Shown: positions 1 through 12,781 of the stretch, piece by piece | Position numbering within the stretch: position 1 is the first letter of the stretch | How the letters are laid out: each line of letters begins with the position of its first letter | Source of the DNA: Antedon mediterranea | Lineage: Eukaryota; Animalia; Echinodermata | Assembly: GCF_964355755.1 (NCBI RefSeq) | Contig: NC_092673.1 | Span: forward strand, 5,890,001-5,954,000 | Direction of reading: 5' to 3' | DNA: 64,000 nucleotides | The notes under the pieces: generated by a model | Seen by the model: only the letters and a program-made list of their open reading frames with translations | Database searches by the model: none | What the model was told of the DNA's origin: nothing | Program-made: the position numbers and the translations under genes

Positions 1-1564
1 TTATACCACCGTCATGTGAACAAGTTGAGTATAAAAAATTACAAAACTGCTTTAAAGTAAACATGTATATATAAGTTGGATTAATATGTTTAACCCAACT
101 AAGGAGAGCAGACAAACAGCCCAGCATCAGAAATCAGAAATGTTCAAATGGTTTTCACAACATTGGTATTATGCTGATGATTTACCTGATGACAACATAC
201 TTGGCTCAAAGATTATTCAGCAAACATCTCAGATTCTATCAATTCAGTGATTGCATCTATTGTTATAAATGAAATAGTATTTCCAGTCATATTATTAAAT
301 CTGTGAAAAAAACAAACGAAATGGGTTGATTAATGGAGAAAAACAAAACACATTGCAAAGTAAGTATTTACAATCATTTTTTTTTATATTTGAGAATGGT
401 AATAAGAAATGTTCCCAGAAATTCACTGTCACAATGAGTTGGTACTGTGTGTACCTGTACCCATTCACTGACAAAGGTAATAAACACTGTAGAAACCATA
501 TGACAATCATACATATCCAGGTACCACACAAGATCTCTGCAAATGAATATTATTATTTGTTTGCATAAAATAGAACAGATACGGTAGTTAAATAAATATT
601 TTAAAATAATGCTCTTTTATGCTGAAGCACACATTGGTACATTGATAAATTAGTACTGTATAGACAGAAAATAAAAAAAAATATTACAACAATTGAAAGA
701 AAAAAAAATAGTTAGCTAGTAATATAGCTCAGATAAGAAAATTGGGATATTGTCCTAAATCCTAAAAGAGAACATAGAAATTACAGATTGATTTAAAAAA
801 AGGAATGAGCATATTACATTTTGTTTCTATATATTACTATGGCTTGTCATACTTTATAAAGAAAGTTTGCGTGACAAGTTCTATTAAAAACCAGAGTTCA
901 CAACATTCATATCTATTATTATGAAGACAATGCATTGTATTCAAGTTTTATGACACAGAAACCATTGTTAATGATACTTATATTTATTGATGAGTAATAT
1001 TCTATTTTGCGGGGAGTCAACATTTTATGTCTATATTTATATTATTTATTGTACCACTCATAATGCTAAATATTGTGGTTTATTGTTGTTATAGGAAGAA
1101 CTAATCCTATTGCATCTTCTAAACTCTCTACTAAATTTCAGTTTAATCCAACAAAAAGATTAAGTAATAACTGGTAAGTCTATTTTAATATAGAATTTGT
1201 CTTGTTGCTATAGTTTTTCTTGAAATAAAAGTGTTTAAGCTGTAAATAAAACCTATTTGCTTTAAAATGAAATAACAATATAATAGACGAATATATGTTA
1301 AAGGTTGATTAAAATTGAACACATTAAGAGAAATCAACAAATACAATTTGAATTTTGAGCTGGTAGAGATATAGGCCTGCTTATTAATTATCTGTATAAA
1401 TATACTAAATATATTTAGAAGATATTAATATATATAAATTTTTAAATTCTCATAATGCACCAATAATTGATGATTTGTAAAAATGAACAATATCATAATA
1501 GTAGGTAATACTCAATCTAAATGTTATTGTAGCTATGAACAATGTTGTGTGTAAATTTTTAGAA

Positions 1565-3132
1565 ATGACAACTAAAGAAGAATTTGTAGAATTTCTTGCA
1601 TGTCTAAGTGATAAATATAAGGGTGAGAAACGCTTGTGGCTAAGACTTCTGCTGAATGACCACTGCTCTGGAGAGGTTTTAAGTAGAGAAGATGTCCCAG
1701 CACTTGAATGGTTTAATGAACTTGAAAGCAAAGGTTATATTCAGAATAACCCTACTGATGTAGAAATTCTGTTGGACATTACTAAAGTAACTGAAATGAA
1801 GGAAGCGATAGATTTAATCAAAGAGTTTAAACTGAAGCATCCAAACAACAATGAAGAGTACAACTTCACCAAGGGAAAACCAATAACAGAATATCGCAAA
1901 AGACTCTTCATGGCTTTAAGAGAAAATACTACAAAAGTATCAAAAATGCTTGCCCACTACAGCCTAGGTCATCACAAGTTCAACACTATTTGGGATTTTG
2001 TATTCATCCTGGAGAGGGATAAACTTCTGGTGGATGAAGAGAAGCCAACAGAACGTTTTGCAAAACTTCTCGATAAAAAAGCAAGTGACTTGTTTTTGGG
2101 TAGGCCTACAGAAATTAGGAAAGTGAAGAGAAAAGTTAGCAATCTTGCTAGAAAAACAACTGGAAAAGTGGAAAAGACCAGGATTATGAGTGATGGTAAG
2201 TATTATATTTAAAAATAACAAGTTCTATAAACAATTCACTGCAAGCAATAAATAGATCTTTGAATATTGTATGTTGCAGTACAATCTATATAATTTTAAT
2301 TTGTTAATGTAAACCATTATAGAGTGCTTATTTAGTTTACAATGAAACTTCATCACATGATAAAGTCCTAAACATGGCGTTGATAGTGTTGTAATGCCAT
2401 TTATTGGATGACACAAAAAACAATTTTATAATATCCGTGATATGCATATACAGTATCACATTGAGTTATCTAAACAAAATTTAACATTGCTGTAAATTAT
2501 TATTGGACCCTTATTTTTTTTTTGTAGTGTTTTGATGATTATAGTTTGTTGCGTGTTAAATAATCCTATTGCCATGATTTTCAATAAACCATCTTTGTCG
2601 ATTTACTAGATGGTTTAGTGAGCACATAATGGTAAAGGTTTATTTTAAGCATTTTGTAGTTTCCCATGCATACAATGTTTTTTAGCACACACAGTCCTAT
2701 GCAAAATAGTAAAAAATAACAGTTAAAAAAAAAAAGGTAACAACCAGTTTATCTTTTTATTATTCCTATTACTCATTACAAAATAGAAAAGTTTAGTATT
2801 TGTTTTGATACGCATTTTAACACCGTGTGGTAAGTATCCAACTAATATTTACACAAGTCTTCATAAGCCAATTTATACTGTACATAAGCAAATTTGCTTT
2901 AAAAATACAGAAAGAATCTATTTTGAAGTAGACAAAGTAGGGCTGTTCAGAATTGCATTGTAAAAATATTTTGATGGAAGTTTTACATTTATAGGCCTAA
3001 CATGTAATGGAAGTTTTATTTTTATTTGCAATCTATATATAAATAATAACAACCCAATTAATCTTTACAAGTAAGAATTTGTTTCAAATGAGGTCTTTTG
3101 ACGCAACTTAATCAACAAAGAGTGCCACCAAA

Positions 3133-3175
<43 letters not shown>

Positions 3176-5471
3176 TATAACTTAATAAAGTGTTCTGCTG
3201 TCCATTTATTTTATTAAATATTCATAGTTTCACTTATCATTTCTTTAGGCCAAACTGACAGACAAACTAAAAGTAGGCCTACTACTGCACCAGTAGTACT
3301 CAACGCTGACAGAAAGGTAAAATACCAAAGACTATGAGAGACATAGTACATCTTTAGATAATAAATGTGTTGATAGGCAGCTGTTAATAATAATAAAAAA
3401 AGATGTATTATAATTTAAAATAGATGTCTAAGAAGCACATACACTGAAAAAATTAAATAAATTATGTTATATTTTACAGAAAACAGTATTTGACAGAGAT
3501 TTGGAATGTCAACAAAGATTCACAAATAAAAAAAAAACAAGTGGTAATCTACAAAATTATGGAAACAAAATGGAAAGTAATAATGATCAACATGTTTGTA
3601 AAATTAGATCGGAAATACCAGACTCCTACTTAAATGATAATCAAGCGCAATATCATTGTACTGAGTGTGAAAGGTATCGGTGTGAGCAATGTATCCAACA
3701 ACATATGGATTTGTCTGCACTGAATTGCACATCAGATGCAAATGTAGATGGAACAAGTTCACAAAAATGTTCAGTTCATACTGACAAAAAATTGGACTAT
3801 TACTGCCTTACTTGTAAACTTATGATATGTGAAGATTGCAAACATAGTCATATTGATAGAAGCAATCATAAGATGATACCAATAGAAAAAGCTCTGAATG
3901 ACATTAATCAAACTGTTAATAAAACTATAAAGATAGCTGAAGACATTAAAGAAAAGCTAAATGAAAGATTAGATGTTATCAATAAAGAAAGATCTGAGCT
4001 TGAATCTAATTTTGAGTTAAGCAGAATATCGATTGAAACTCATAAGAATGAAATTATCAGAAAGGTGAATGAGGAATCGAAGGTAATGATAGAAAAGCTT
4101 ACACAGACTTATGAAAAACAAAAAGATGTTATTGATATTCATATTAAAAGTATTGAATTAAAGCTGACACAAGTGAGCTCATTGATTGAATCTATCAATA
4201 AAATGATGAATAAACCACAAGAAACAGAAACTGTTACATCATACATGACAACTATCACTGATGTTGGGAAAAATGTTTTAGCAGATAAATCATTTACTAA
4301 AACAAGTTTTACACTAAAGTTTGTTCCGTCTCAAAGGCTGAGTGAGTTGATGAAACATGAAAGTGTTGGTAAACTTATGATTGTCACGGTTAATAAAGAA
4401 GATTGGAACATTTCAGTCACAAAAGGACAGCTATTTAGTGTGAGAGTATCAAGTCTAGCAGAGAGTGATGTTGGACAATTAACAGCCACACTAACCAACT
4501 TATCAGGTGAGAAATCTCAGAGTAAAGTAACACACAGAAAGGGAAGGTGCACAATAACAGGAAGATGTGATTTGGAAGGAGATTGGCACATGAACATCAC
4601 TGATGAAGCTATGTCGCATGTCATAGGTTCACCAGTGAGTATTAAGGTGGAACCTATTGGACTTGTACAAACGATAGAAAACATATCAGAGTATAAAGAA
4701 CATAATAAAACAGCAAAGGTAACAGATGTAGTATTAGGTACTGATGGATGTATGTTAGTGTCAAGCTACAGTAGAGAGTTAATAAAGGTGGACCAATCAG
4801 GTTGTTTTGTTTCTAGAATACAAATACCACAAAATATACAAGTGAATTACATGCATCAAATAGGCAATGGTCACATGGTGTATAGTGATTATTTAGAAAA
4901 ATGTGTTGTAATGTGTGATAATCAATATTATGAAATCAGAACCTTTGGTAAAGGAGTATTAAAATATCCAGATGGTGTACGAATAAACCAAAAAAACAGG
5001 ATATTGTATGTAGCAGATCGTAAATGTCACTGTGTGTTTAAATTCAATATTGATGATGGTAGTCTATTGGGTAAGATAGGTTCTGAAGGAAGTAAAGCAG
5101 GACAATTGAAAAAACCAACAGATGTTGCTGTAACAAAGGAGGGTCATGCTATTGTTGCTGATCGTGAAAATAGCAGAATACAAATGTTTGATGCTAATGA
5201 TAAGCTGATTAAGATTCTTGTAGCCTATGGTAAAGAAGATGGTAGAGTCTGGGGTCCTTGTGGTATAACTATAGATATGGGTGGAAATATAATAGTGTCC
5301 AGTAATCATAAACTCCAACTATTTGATCAAAATGGTAAATTCATTAAACGAATAGATAAAAAAGATGATGGGTTGAATATGCCATTAGGGATGGCTGTAA
5401 TCTCTAAAAGACCACGAAGAGTTGCAGTAGCAAACCATTTATCCAGCAACATAAAAATATTTAGTTATTAA
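1565..5471 (+). CDS. Gene 1: tandem-DED + RING-less TRIM-NHL protein (DED-DED, linker, partial B-box1, B-box2, coiled coil, filamin-like, NHL propeller), about 896 aa, 3 coding exons
   Basis: Exons are 1565-2195 (tttttag acceptor at 1561-62, ATG at 1565, donor G|gtaag, phase 1), 3249-3316 (ctttag|GC...AAG|gtaaaa, phase 1 to 0) and 3480-5471 (ttttacag|AAA, stop TAA). The joined length is 2691 nt and stays in frame. Motifs: DED-like LWLRLLL..EWFNELESKGYI..VEILLDI and ITEYRKRLF; B-box2 CSVH..YYCLTCKLMICEDC..H; filamin-end HVIGSPVSIKV; NHL repeats such as GSEGSKAGQLKKPTDVAV, IVADRENSRIQMFD and VAVANH..NIKIF. Confidence 0.8.
3133..3178. repeat. (ATT)n microsatellite in intron 1 of gene 1; a shorter counterpart lies at about 57873-57906 in gene 5
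   Basis: A run of ATT repeats is visible directly. Confidence 0.9.
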
Positions 5472-5829
5472 AATAACTAAAAAATGTGTACAACAAATTA
5501 ATTGTAAGTAAAGCATGAATTTCTAATGGTTTTTTGTTTTGATGCACATTTTTCAATTTTGGAGGTCGTCGCATTGCTTGTGTGTGTGTGTGTTGGCAAG
5601 ACACAAGGCCATACAACATCTTGTGACTTTTAACTGAATAGCCAGCCATTTACAATCAGTTGATGTCATGTCATCCAACATCTTACTGCATTGCCAGCTA
5701 TTTACAGTTGATATCATGTCATACAACATTATGTAACTTTTAACTGTATAGTCAGATATTTACAGTTGATTGTTACTGTATAGTGTATACAGCGAGTTAA
5801 AACCAACAGTTTATCATACCAACAATATC

Positions 5830-7090
5830 GGCATGGGTTTGAGGCCGGCTTGTTCCTAGTTCTCAGGCCCGTAGCCAGGGGGGGTTTTTATGGTTCGGGC
5901 GAACCCCCCCTTTACAGCGAACCCCCCTTAACCGACTGCGAACCCCCATCCCCGACATGCCCAATACCTCACCCTCATCTCCAAAAATCCTCCAAATACG
6001 TGCCCCACAGTACAAAAAGTTGTTTGTAAATTGAAAAATTCGTAAACTTGTTCGTGAACCTTCTTCTCGGTATGAGCGTCAACTAGCGATACGTGTCTGT
6101 AAATTTCTGAAAGCTGCAAATGAATTGCCGATTTTAACCTGAAAAATAAATGTTTGGTCCCTGCATGTAACATGATATTGACGCGTCTCATAGCGAACTG
6201 GGGCACGAACGATTCGTACAAAGGACACCGCCAGACAACTGCGTACCTAGTATAATAATTGTTTAGATCACTGGCAGTCAGGCAGCATGCATAAAGTATA
6301 TAGCCTTCCGACGTACATCAGTATTTATGTGTGACTATGAAGTATAATGTATCATAGAGGATTATAGTGAATATTAATATTTTACACTATAATATCTATG
6401 GTATCAAGTACTGTAGTTCACATTATGGCATCCGATTATTTTTTTCTAGACCACCAGCCGATACGTACTAAAATGTATCAATATCACCTATTTACATATT
6501 TATATTCCTCAACAAATTGCTGTAAATAAATATTATAGATAGAGCTAGCAAATAGCATTTGCCTTCAACCAGTGTGCTTTTTTCGGGGCTGCTCCTAGAT
6601 GTACGTTCGCAATCGGCGGTTCCGCACACAGAGCACGCGCATCTAACATACGGCAACACATAGTTATCGTCCTTTAAATTATCGACGTGTTTGAGAAGGA
6701 GGAAAAAAGTACGATCTTTTTGCTCATCGGTAGCATGCTGCACGAGAGTGTCTTTTCCGGCCATCTAGGGGTGTCATTTAACAAAATTCGCTTCGCATCA
6801 GGCCCCACCTCCAGGGGGGGGGGGGGGGGTTGACCCAAATATTTAGTGTCCGAACCCCCCCTTGACAGATCCTGGCTACGGCCCTGGTTCTGGTGGTTGA
6901 ACAAGTCTTCCCAGATAAGGACTATAAACCGTAGTCACAGTTATTAAAGAACCCAGTTCATCATTTGAGATGAGTAGGGGGTTCACAAAAATAGCCCCTG
7001 TATCAGGGTGATTAGCACCTATCTGATAGGACAGTGATTAATTTACTAATGGTAATCCTTGGCGCGGCCACATGTGCCTAAAGACATAAA
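5830..7090 (+). mobile_element. Degraded SINE with a Deu-domain-like core, split by a DNA transposon
   Basis: The stretch gataaggactataaaccgtag...ttaaagaaccca...gagtagggggtt (6913-6982) resembles the recalled Deu-SINE core. It continues across the GTTCT target-site duplication of the inserted element. Confidence 0.4.
5864..6886. mobile_element. Non-autonomous DNA transposon with 16-bp TIRs and a 5-bp TSD (hAT-like, possibly hAT5-type)
   Basis: The left end caggcccgtagccagg (5864) and right end cctggctacggccctg (ending 6886) are inverted repeats with 1 mismatch. GTTCT is duplicated at 5859-63 and 6887-91. There is no transposase ORF. Confidence 0.75.
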
Positions 7091-7146
7091 AAATGATTGT
7101 TGCAACTGAGAGTAAACATTCCTTATGAATGTTTTAAGTTAATTAT

Positions 7147-7404
7147 TAAGTATTAATTATTGTTACGTATAATTTATACCTAAATGTATACACATGACTA
7201 ATGTTTGGCAGTATAAGTAGTTATTTGAAAAAGTACTATTTAACGATCGTTGAATAGTGCGTACTATTGCACGCCATGTGACCCACATTCGTCCAATCAA
7301 ATGACAGGAATTTATATAGGTGTTATATAATAAGTATTAATTATTGTTACGTATAATTTATACCTAAATATATATACATGACTAATGTTTGGCAGTATAA
7401 GTAG
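7147..7404. repeat. 74-bp direct repeat flanking a 110-bp insert
   Basis: taagtattaattattgttacgtataatttatacctaaat...tttggcagtataagtag occurs at 7147-7220 and 7331-7404. Confidence 0.85.
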
Positions 7405-9599
7405 GCCTAATGATTATTATTATTATTTTACTTACTGTTAATGTAATCTTTATAGATTATAGTAAGTGAGCACATTAACTGCAAACAAAAAGACATGAGA
7501 AACAGTATATACTAAAAATGAAATGAACATTGCGGTAGGTGATAAGGTAAAAAAATAGAAGAATTTAGAAAAGAAATGATTTAACATTGTATATACTATT
7601 ATATAATCCCATTGAAATTATTTGCACTTGAACAATTTTGTATGACCTATCAATCCATTTTCCTTACAATGTATTTTATTTCTTGAATTTTTACAATTGG
7701 TATATAGGAAATATAAACTTTAAAAAATACTATGACTATTGAATGGCAATATATAATTATTAGCTTAGTTTTTAATACGCCATAGATATTCATCTGACAC
7801 TATACCAGTCAAACTCTTACTGTACATGTCAAATGAATTTACATGGATTTTTTTTTTATATTTACTGTTCTGATGTTTGCTTGCTATTATTTTGCTTTTT
7901 GAGTAAAGGGAATAAACATATTTTGTATTTATTGAGGGTAACTAGTGGTATAAACATTTTAATTATTTGTTGGTTGTTGTTAAAAGTTGAACCACTTTAA
8001 ATTCAGACTAAACATTATACATTTATTTACAGGATGACAATGTTAATTCTTGAAGAATTTGTTCTGGACAGAAATGAGTTTGAAGAAAAATACTTTCAAC
8101 ATTATAATTATATTATTATTATTATGGATGTATCAAAATTTAGATGTTAACTATATAAAACAATAATATTGTATAGATGTACTGTATTGGAAATCAATAT
8201 ACAAAGCTTACAAATTGATTGAAACAAGTCATGTGACACACAAAATGCATCAAAAGCATGTTGGCACTTTGCATAACAATAATTTTAATGTGAGCAGCGC
8301 TCAAAGAAAATCTACTGATACCAGAGAAAAAAAATTACCATATTCATATTACCTTTTCAATATAGGTATTATGTACGTTATCATTAGAATATGTAATAGA
8401 ATACAAAGGACAAACAAGAAATGTCCATAAAATGTATTGACAATCAATAGATTAGCTCTACAAGAATGATTAAGAAAGTCATGTGACACACAGAACGCAT
8501 TACAATAATGACCTAGGCCTGTGTACTGTTCTTCAATGTGAGTAGCGCTTAAAGAAAGCTATTAGAGGATGTGGAGAGACGGATGGTGGCTTATTAAATT
8601 TTGGTTTAAGAGAATTTACAAGATATTCTACAATTACACACTCTTGAAGAAAGTCTTGGATATAAGATTCAATAAAGTTAATCACATTTTTTCTTAGCAA
8701 CTTTAAATAGATTGGCTGAGCATGACTTAGTTTGTTAACCATCTTTTATTGCAAAATTTGCAATGTTATGTTTAATTACCATATCATTATTATTGTTCAG
8801 GAGGGTTATTAGGAGGCATTTATTCCAAATGATGTTCTATGGGGGGAAATTTATTTGAGGCGGGCGTTTCTTCAAAGCGGGGCATTTATTTGAAAATATA
8901 CGGTAATCTAATCTTCTGATTTCATGACATTTTTTTTTTTTTTGTCTTGTGTGGGGTCTTCCCACTTTTATTATAATTCTCAGATTTATATGTATATATA
9001 TTATATATAAAATAAAGGTACATTGTAGCAATTAATTATTTGTATGAATATTTCTATTTCTGTTGTATATTACTAAGATTGTTACAAGTTAACAAGTAGT
9101 TAAAAAGTAGGCATATTTACATAAAAAGATGATTAATTTCAATATAATAACCATGCTTTCATTTACAATTTTAAAAAGATGTTAATTAAAATATAAAGAT
9201 AAAAGATGGTAATAAAAGTCTATGAACTGTCATTAAAAACGTACTTATAAAATCTTGTTCATGTTCTGGTAGAGAGGCTATAAACTCAGAGGAGGAATAT
9301 AAAATATCCTCCCTTTTCACCAAGACAAAAAGGATGAGATGAAAAAAGAGGAATGCAAAAGTTTGAAAACTAGATAAGGATGATAGAGTGGAATGAAATA
9401 TTTAAATGAAAACCGTAAGGTTAGAGTCCATACACCGTGCAAGTCCAAGATGCCATTTTGGCTCTGTGTGTATGTGAGACGCTTCATACCCGATGACATC
9501 TTATTATAATACTACTTCTACTTCTGTATACAATTTGTAATTGGGAAATAAACAAAACATATTGCATTTTAGAAAACATGAAAAAAAAAACACTTCATA

Positions 9600-10450
9600 C
9601 AGACTATATTCATGCTATCAATTGTAACAGAGTTTCCTTTTTTGCACCCCATTTACGTTGTGCCTTAATGAAGTTACACATATGTTCATTTTCTATTAGA
9701 TTTTTAACTTCAGCAGTGAAAAGAATCCAGATCTTTTTTTTATCATCTTTATCTTTTCTTCCACCATTGGATATTATGTGTACCTTGTATATACAGAATA
9801 AAAACATAGAAATCAATTCATTTACAATATTGTTTTTTGTTCCTGTAACAATTTTAAACCATGTAATATTATCTTCAGCTGGAAAGCAATTAGCCAGCAC
9901 ACCTTTAAATTTGTGCCATGTCCATTGAATGGCATTGCATTCAAACAGCATGTGCTGTTCACTTTCTATCTGATTTATACAATTGTCACATAAATTATTT
10001 TCTGCCAAATTCCATAATTTTAATCTTTTTTTACACGGTAATATTCGATGTAAATTGTAAGAGTTTAAAGTTGAATTGAGCAACTTTAACTATATGTTTC
10101 ATCTTGTATACCTTATAATACCATACTTTATTCCAATCTATTTCTACGTTATTTAGCTCACATTCCCATTTTCTTTGTGAACCTGGTTCAGTGGAACGTT
10201 TGTTTATAAAATATTTATAGTAGATAGATCCTTTAATGTTCTTATGCAACAATGAGTCATTATTACCTACATCTTGATTATTTGTATTGTCTTTTCTAAT
10301 AATTTCTTTCCACCCATTTGGTATGGCATTCATAAGCTGTAAATATTCGATTAAACCATTATGTTTTTTATACAAATTTGAGATTATTTCACCTGCGGTA
10401 CATACTCTATCATTTCATGACATTTTTAATACATTCCTAATAATAATTTT
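9600..10450 (-). mobile_element. 5'-truncated L1/Tx1-like LINE fragment (C-terminus of ORF2 with zinc finger)
   Basis: The frameshifted ORFs 10031-10375 and 9610-10083 read QFNFKLL / HRILPCKKRLKLW..CDNC..ESEQHMLFEC..W, which is typical of the zf-RVT region. Confidence 0.7.
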
Positions 10451-11349
10451 TTATGTTGTAATATCATATAATGAAGAAGGCAACCTTATTGGAAAACAAC
10501 TACAATAGCTTTTATGTGTAAATGTGACTCGTATACAGGAATCGATAAACTGTTGAAAGGTGTTTTGTCGTTGCTAGGGGTAACTGGCAAACAAATTAAA
10601 TGTAAATCATTATAATCAGAACCCTGGATTTTCCCAAATACAAATTTAGTTATGTGGTGCCAGACATGCATCATAAATCCAAAGGGACTCAAATGTTGTC
10701 GGGTGTTGTTTTAATGGCTTCTTATACTTATAAATTAGGATCCATAAATTGCCCTAAACATACTGTATTTTTCCAACACTATATTGTTCAATAGTAGCAA
10801 ACTTTACCTGAAACAGTCTCACATTTACTAAAAAATATTACAGATATTAAAACAAAACAATATATACCCATATTGTTTCTGTCATTGAAACTTTCAGGCC
10901 CTGGCACTTTGCTCTTATTATAATACTATATATTTTTAGCTCAAGATTATGATGTACATGAGAGGAGTTCATATTAAATCTTTAAATCGTCTTATGACAA
11001 AACTGTGTTTTGTTTATCTTTCTTCTTCATATTTTGAGATTAAATTTAAATTTTAGCTAAAGAACTGTTACTATCTTAGTTTTCATGAATAAGGCCTACA
11101 GTACATACATCTTGAATTAACACACCCACATCGATTATTGTTGTTTTTCTACTTACAACTATGATTTTGCAAAAATGAAGTTCTATAACATTTTGTATTA
11201 TTTTTTTAGGATTACCTATATTGTTTCCAGGGGTGTATTGCTTTATACCACAGTTTTCATATAAATGTTGACAAATAACAAAGAAACTCTCATGAAAACT
11301 TGTATTAGTGGATATACCTCTACCAGGTTTATATCACTCATACATATCT

Positions 11350-12510
11350 AATAATAATGTCTTGTGTATAGCGCTTAACCAAAATAACATTTTCTCTAAA
11401 GCGCTACGTCCACAAGGCTCGAAACAAGGTGGAAATTACGGTTTTCAGCAATTGTTTGAAGATGGCAATTGAATTGGCATATTTTATTTATTGTGGAAGA
11501 GTATTCCATAAGGATGGAGCTGTACAAGAGAATGACCGGTCAGCAAAATTGAATATCTACGTGTTCTTGGTTTGGAATAGTCGAGGCGAAGATTTGGATG
11601 AATGACAAGATTTTGGCTAATGTTCTGGAAGGAGACGAGCGATGAATGATATTACGGTGATTGTTTATGAATGGCTTTGTAGGTGAGCGTAAGGATCTTG
11701 AACTCTATGCATTGTTTAACCGGCAGCCAATGTAATGAAACAAGATCTGAGCTGATTGGATCATATTTGCGTTTTTTTAGAATGAGTCGAGCACCAGTAC
11801 GCTGAATGCTCTGAAGTTGATTAAGCAGATTTATATTAATTCCTGATAATAAGCTATTGCAATACCCATTATGGAACTGACAAGGGTGGGGATAGTGATT
11901 TTTGTCAATTCATCAGTAAGCATTTTTCGGACACAGCTTATTATAAAGAGTTGAAAGTTGGTTTTCTTTACAATGTTGGCAACTTGGGCAGACATAGTCA
12001 TACTGCTGTCAAACATGACATGATGATTTTTTACAGGGTTTGTTGATACAATAACATGGCCAGCAACATTTATGGAGTGTAGGTTGATTTTCGCTAACTG
12101 GGATCGGAAACCAAATACGATTACTTCTGTTTTTAACTTCTGAGTTCAATTTAAGAAAGTTTGATGACATCATCTCTGAATTTAAATTCTGATCAAACAT
12201 TCTTCTAGGTTTGATTTTGCTGGACGAACAGCATGCATCGATGTAGGGCAGATAGAGGTATAAATCTGAGTGTCATCTGCGTAAGAATGCATGTCCAAAC
12301 CATATTCGTGGATCAGAGAACCGAGTGGAAATGTGTAAATCATAAATAGAAGTGGTCCGAGTACAGATCCTTGTGGCACTCCACTTGAGTGGATAGCAAA
12401 CAGAGAACATGTCCTTGATACAGACCCGTTGCATTCGGTCACATAGGTAGGATATTAACAATGAGAGTGTTGTACCTGTAAGTTGAAGTCTATGATATCA
12501 AACGCAAATC
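11350..12510 (-). mobile_element. Degraded L2/CR1-group LINE, RT and 3' end
   Basis: GVPQGSVLGPLLFMIY and YADDTQIY lie in ORF 12182-12442. Frameshifted downstream segments follow, and an L2-like 3' end with an (ATT)n tail is near 11350-11405. Confidence 0.75.
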
Positions 12511-12781
12511 AAGAGGATTTAACACAGTAACCATTTTGTATTTTTTGAGTTTTGAACTATATAAGTTTAAACTTTTTCTAGGCTAAGGAAGCTGTTGTTT
12601 TATCAAGCTAGAGAGGCTGATAAGCTCATCTTGTCACCTACCAAAGACTGTTTATTACCATCAATAACAGCCTAGCTTGTATTTTTAGTCAAGCCATTGT
12701 TTCAACCAAGGAAGTCCTTTGTTTCAGAGAAGTTTACTAATAGCATTGGAATGTAGGTTCTTTGTTCTCAGCTGATTCAAC

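Noticed and set aside
1450-2221. Antisense ORFs recurring over each DED exon (also 33384-33812, 50383-50808 and 56280-56985)
   Set aside because: They are shadows of the conserved sense-strand coding sequence, and their boundaries vary between copies.
1535-5471. Reading the short and long ORFs as a two-gene prokaryotic-style operon with TTG/GTG starts
   Set aside because: Conserved AG/GT sites, micro-exons and matching phases show they are exons of one gene. ORF extensions beyond the splice sites are not conserved between paralogues.
10490-10720. Plus-strand frame TTIAFMCKCDSYTGIDKLLKGVL resembling the TRADD-N-like exons
   Set aside because: The similarity covers only a few residues, the frame contains stops, and there are no clear splice sites.
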